A stretch of 64,000 nt of DNA from Amphiscolops sp. MND2022 (Eukaryota), in NCBI GenBank assembly GCA_964187785.1, contig OZ076416.1, positions 35,960,001 to 36,024,000 on the forward strand. The letters are read 5' to 3'. The position numbers and the translations under genes are program-made. This document shows, one piece after another, positions 61,001-64,000 of the stretch (within the stretch, counting starts at the first letter, position 1; every line of letters begins with the position of its first letter). The notes beneath the pieces are model-generated. The model had not been told where the DNA came from. It searched no databases and was given only the letters and a program-made list of their open reading frames with translations.

Positions 61001-63337
61001 TAAACAAAAAATGGAAAGTAATGCCTAAACCGCCCATGCGATTCGTACTGCGAAGTAGCATTTTCCATGATACAATTGTATTTTTTCAGGATTATCTACA
61101 CGAGCTGTACGTCATAACAGACCGAGAAAAGTTCACGATTCCCGTGCGTGCCATCAACGGACGTGCCATTCTGGACCTACCGGATGAAGTCAAGTTCGGG
61201 GTGAACGCCGTCCGCAACCTTGCGTGTAAAACCCTGTTTGTACGAAACATCGGGGACCGCGAATGCCGATTCACTTGTAAATTACCCCAGCCCGATTCTG
61301 CTTTTAATGTCGAACCCAAACAGGGTTCAGTTGCAGTGGGAGCTAACATTCAGTTTGTCATCAGTTTTTGCCCCATGAAAAATGGCAGCCATGTTTCTCA
61401 TTTGCAGTTACATTACGACACAGGTTAAAACTGGTTTCAAATTTGAGGTGTTGGATCTCGTTGATGTCATAATTGAACAACTATCATAAATAATATTATG
61501 AAAAATTAATTTCTTCGGTAATATAAAAAAAGAATTCGTTTAAAGAATTGCTAATCGAGCTCTAATTTTCATCCAAAGATCAGTTTAATAATAACACAAA
61601 GCATTATGGCCTCATTTTGTTGAAGAAATGTTCATGGAACTCATCTGCGAACCATCCATCTGTGATTTCACTAAGTTATTGGGTGAAAGTTTCCGCTATT
61701 TTCAACCACTATCTTTGTCATAACTCACAAGACACCAATTCTTTTTTGCAGCATTCAATTTTTCTATCAACTGCATTATTTTTTTAATTTGGCAAAAAAC
61801 GACCGACTGTAGAAAGACCTGTACAAGCCGTTCTTTTGATTATGGTTGCAGCTTAAAATCAATTACGAATCATTGAATGACTGGCCTTTTTTGGCGGATT
61901 GCAATTTTGATACCAATTTTTGTCGAAATAACCCGTTTTGTTCACCCTAATGAAATTATATCACTAATTCAATTCGCAGACAATTTCTTGCCGCTTCGCT
62001 TATTCCTCTAATTGGCAGTGTCATAGCCCTGAGTCCAGTACTTGAAAAACATCACGACTGTTACTAGTTTTTTGTTGGTGTGGGTATGAAATGAACATTC
62101 AGTAGGCTTGCTCCTAAAATTCAATCGTACGGAAACAACTTATAGATTGAAAAATCATTCAAGGTTTTTAGAAAGCTTTCAAACGCCCAAATCATACATC
62201 CAAAATATTTCGATCACTATAATACCATAGGGACTAAAGAACAGACATAATGATTTTAGTAAATAATTTTTTCAAAAGAGATTCGCTTAATGACAAGTAC
62301 ATGTATTAACAAAGTTCCGCTGACTCAAACCATATATATTTCAGACACTTTCGTTTTGTGTATATTTGGCCCAAGACCAACTTTTTTTGGTTCCGTCGAG
62401 TTATAAAGCAAATTCAACTGTGGTTAGCTGCAAATAGAATTTGAATTTTTGATACTCAGATTTCTATTGCACCCGACGTTATTTTACTTGAATTTTTTTC
62501 CACAAATTTTGTGACAGAGTAACGATTTCGCTTGTGATATTTACCAAGATATATTTTACAATTAAACACCATGGTATCAAAGTTTCAGTTTTTTGGATAT
62601 CTTATTTGACCGTATATTTTGACTGTATGATATGTTGTCTCCTTTGGGATATATATCCTATGATAATACTTTGGTTCCTGGTAGTTTGACCCGTAACCCA
62701 GTGTGAGTATATTTAACACAAATTCGAATTTCTCATCTATTGGACATTTCCCAGAAATCGTTTTTTTCCTAGGTGAAGACATCTGCGTAAAGTTGGAAGG
62801 AACTTCAGTGGATGTTAATGTTCGACTAGATAAATCGACTGTGCGGATGGAAAACACTTTTATCTCGTTGACCACCAAGAGGAGCATCGGCATCACCAAC
62901 AGAAGTGACCTCATCGCCAAGTTCTCATGGAAAATATTCGCGTCCCCCGAGGAAGACCAAAAGTTCAAACTAAGGTCAGTAACCTCACTGGTTTCCAAAC
63001 TACGGTTGTGACTTTTGAGGTGGTTTATCCTTCTAGGAAAAATTTTTGGGTTGAAATTGTTGAAAATCTGAAGAGGTTTGTGAAACCGCCATTACATTGA
63101 CGAGAAGAGTTACTATGTCTCAACTTTAGTTGCAAGGAGGAATTGTCTGCTCACGAAGCCAACGAATCTCGATCGATTACAGAGTATGCACAGGTAGCAG
63201 AAGATGAGGATGAATATTTGGACAAGAGCTTGGGTCAAAAACAAGCACTCATGAATCAAACGTTTGCTAATCGTCGCAGCTTACTGGAAAATGAAGAACT
63301 CTTGTTTTCTAACGAAGTGTTTTCTCTTTTTCCATTG
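57969..63337 (+). CDS. HYDIN: Hydrocephalus-inducing protein (axonemal central pair), first 7 coding exons; gene runs beyond the window
   Basis: Exons 57969-58064, 58167-58292, 59265-59366, 60316-60468, 61090-61423, 62773-62974 and 63130-63337; all GT-AG, phases consistent. FQPFPSEIIFQ, LRNND, TDREKF.IP, VRNIG and NRSDLIAKFSWK match the HYDIN N-terminus. Confidence 0.93.
58167..58292 (+). CDS. HYDIN: HYDIN coding exon 2
   Basis: YLPSEYLK...RVLELLDI; CAG/GTAAGA. Confidence 0.85.
58455..58632. mobile_element. Tc1/pogo-type MITE
   Basis: TA TSD; TIR CAGTT(T/C)AACTTCAGTAT(T/C)ACACAC. Confidence 0.8.
58927..59077. mobile_element. Tc1/pogo-type MITE
   Basis: TA TSD; TIR CACTCAACTCCGxTTATAACGAT. 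Confidence 0.8.
59265..59366 (+). CDS. HYDIN: HYDIN coding exon 3
   Basis: LDEPIFQPFPSEIIFQKFEPCKVYE. Confidence 0.92.
60316..60468 (+). CDS. HYDIN: HYDIN coding exon 4
   Basis: LRNNDQNARLVKV...KIAPGM...FLPEERK. Confidence 0.92.
61090..61423 (+). CDS. HYDIN: HYDIN coding exon 5
   Basis: DYLHELYVITDREKF...HYDTG. Confidence 0.92.
62773..62974 (+). CDS. HYDIN: HYDIN coding exon 6
   Basis: DVNVRLDKS...TFISL...NRSDLIAKFSWK. Confidence 0.92.
63130..63337 (+). CDS. HYDIN: HYDIN coding exon 7
   Basis: TFANRRSLLENEELLFSNEVFSLFPL, GTTAGT donor. Confidence 0.85.
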
Positions 63338-63486
63338 GTTAGTGTTTCCTTTTTATCGAATGTGAAAGTTCTTTTCAAATCTAAGTGAACCAGGCCCAGC
63401 TCGGAAGCACCTCTTGAATCTGTTCTATTCATATTGAATCTGAATGTGAATAGTTTTTGAAGCTGTTAACTAACTAGTGCTTATGT

Positions 63487-63557
63487 TCATCCTAGGTGTA
63501 GTGGTATCATAGTAGCCATCCGAGCCATTGACATGGGTTGGTTTCCCGTACGATGCA
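63487..63557 (+). tRNA. tRNA-Gly(TCC)-derived pseudogene, copy 1
   Basis: Aligns to the Gly-TCC cloverleaf; broken acceptor stem, loop CATCCGA, altered T loop. Confidence 0.7.
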
Positions 63558-63745
63558 ACTGACTTCCATTAGCGACTGTTTTGGTGCAGTGCTTTGTCTC
63601 CAATTTTGCCCGTCGATAGTAAATCAATTTTCGACATAAGAGTATTGACACTCCATTTTATGATTACACTTGCGATGAGCAAGTGTTATGGGAAACTGAG
63701 GGTGCTTTTTTGCTCTCGTTTCAGCCCGCAACTCGCACAGTTCAG

Positions 63746-63817
63746 GCGTTTGTTGGTGTAGTGGTAGCATAGTAGCCTTCCAAGCTATTGACATGGGTCC
63801 CTTTACCGTACGATGCA
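63746..63817 (+). tRNA. tRNA-Gly(TCC)-derived pseudogene, copy 2
   Basis: Intact anticodon arm GTAGC-CTTCCAA-GCTAT; T loop mutated (GGTCCCTTT). Confidence 0.75.
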
Positions 63818-63942
63818 ATTGTCATCCGTTAGCGATTTTTTTGGTGCAGGATTTTCTCTCTGCACTTTTTCTCTCCGATCGTCAATCAATTTTTGACACA
63901 AGAGGACCGTTTCTCATTGTATAATCACAACTCTTGATGTGA

Positions 63943-64000
63943 GAATCGTTGGTGTAGTGGTAGCATAGTAGCCGTCCAAGCTATTGACATGGGTTCGATT
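63943..64000 (+). tRNA. tRNA-Gly(TCC)-like copy 3, truncated by the window end
   Basis: A box and GGTTCGATT present; loop CGTCCAA has G in place of U33. Confidence 0.7.

Noticed and set aside
61021-61089. MPKPPMR... as a protein start
   Set aside because: Intronic; HYDIN homology begins after the acceptor at 61089.

Overview
AT-rich eukaryotic (animal) genomic DNA with spliceosomal introns, motile-cilia genes and one 200-N assembly gap. 1-16 kb holds scattered phase-1 exons of an extracellular mosaic gene (ShKT-like and F5/8/fucolectin-like modules) among transposon remnants. 10-36 kb is dominated by two BEL/Pao LTR retrotransposons and two local duplications (about 5.5 kb and 3.26 kb period). 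The better-preserved BEL element has LTRs, a tRNA-Trp PBS and an SGNH-hydrolase ORF ahead of gag. 36-51 kb is gag-like remnants, a 218-bp satellite, foldback/MITE clusters, LINE fragments and a candidate retroposed C/D-box snoRNA. 51-64 kb holds three host genes: intronless NME5 (+), a four-exon BtpA/SgcQ-family gene (-) and the first seven coding exons of HYDIN (+), followed by an intronic array of degenerate tRNA-Gly(TCC) copies. Best leads: a GA-AG intron whose ends are complementary, the SGNH-bearing BEL element, and the snoRNA-like insertion with a target-site duplication. All family assignments come from motif recognition by eye; no database search was run.
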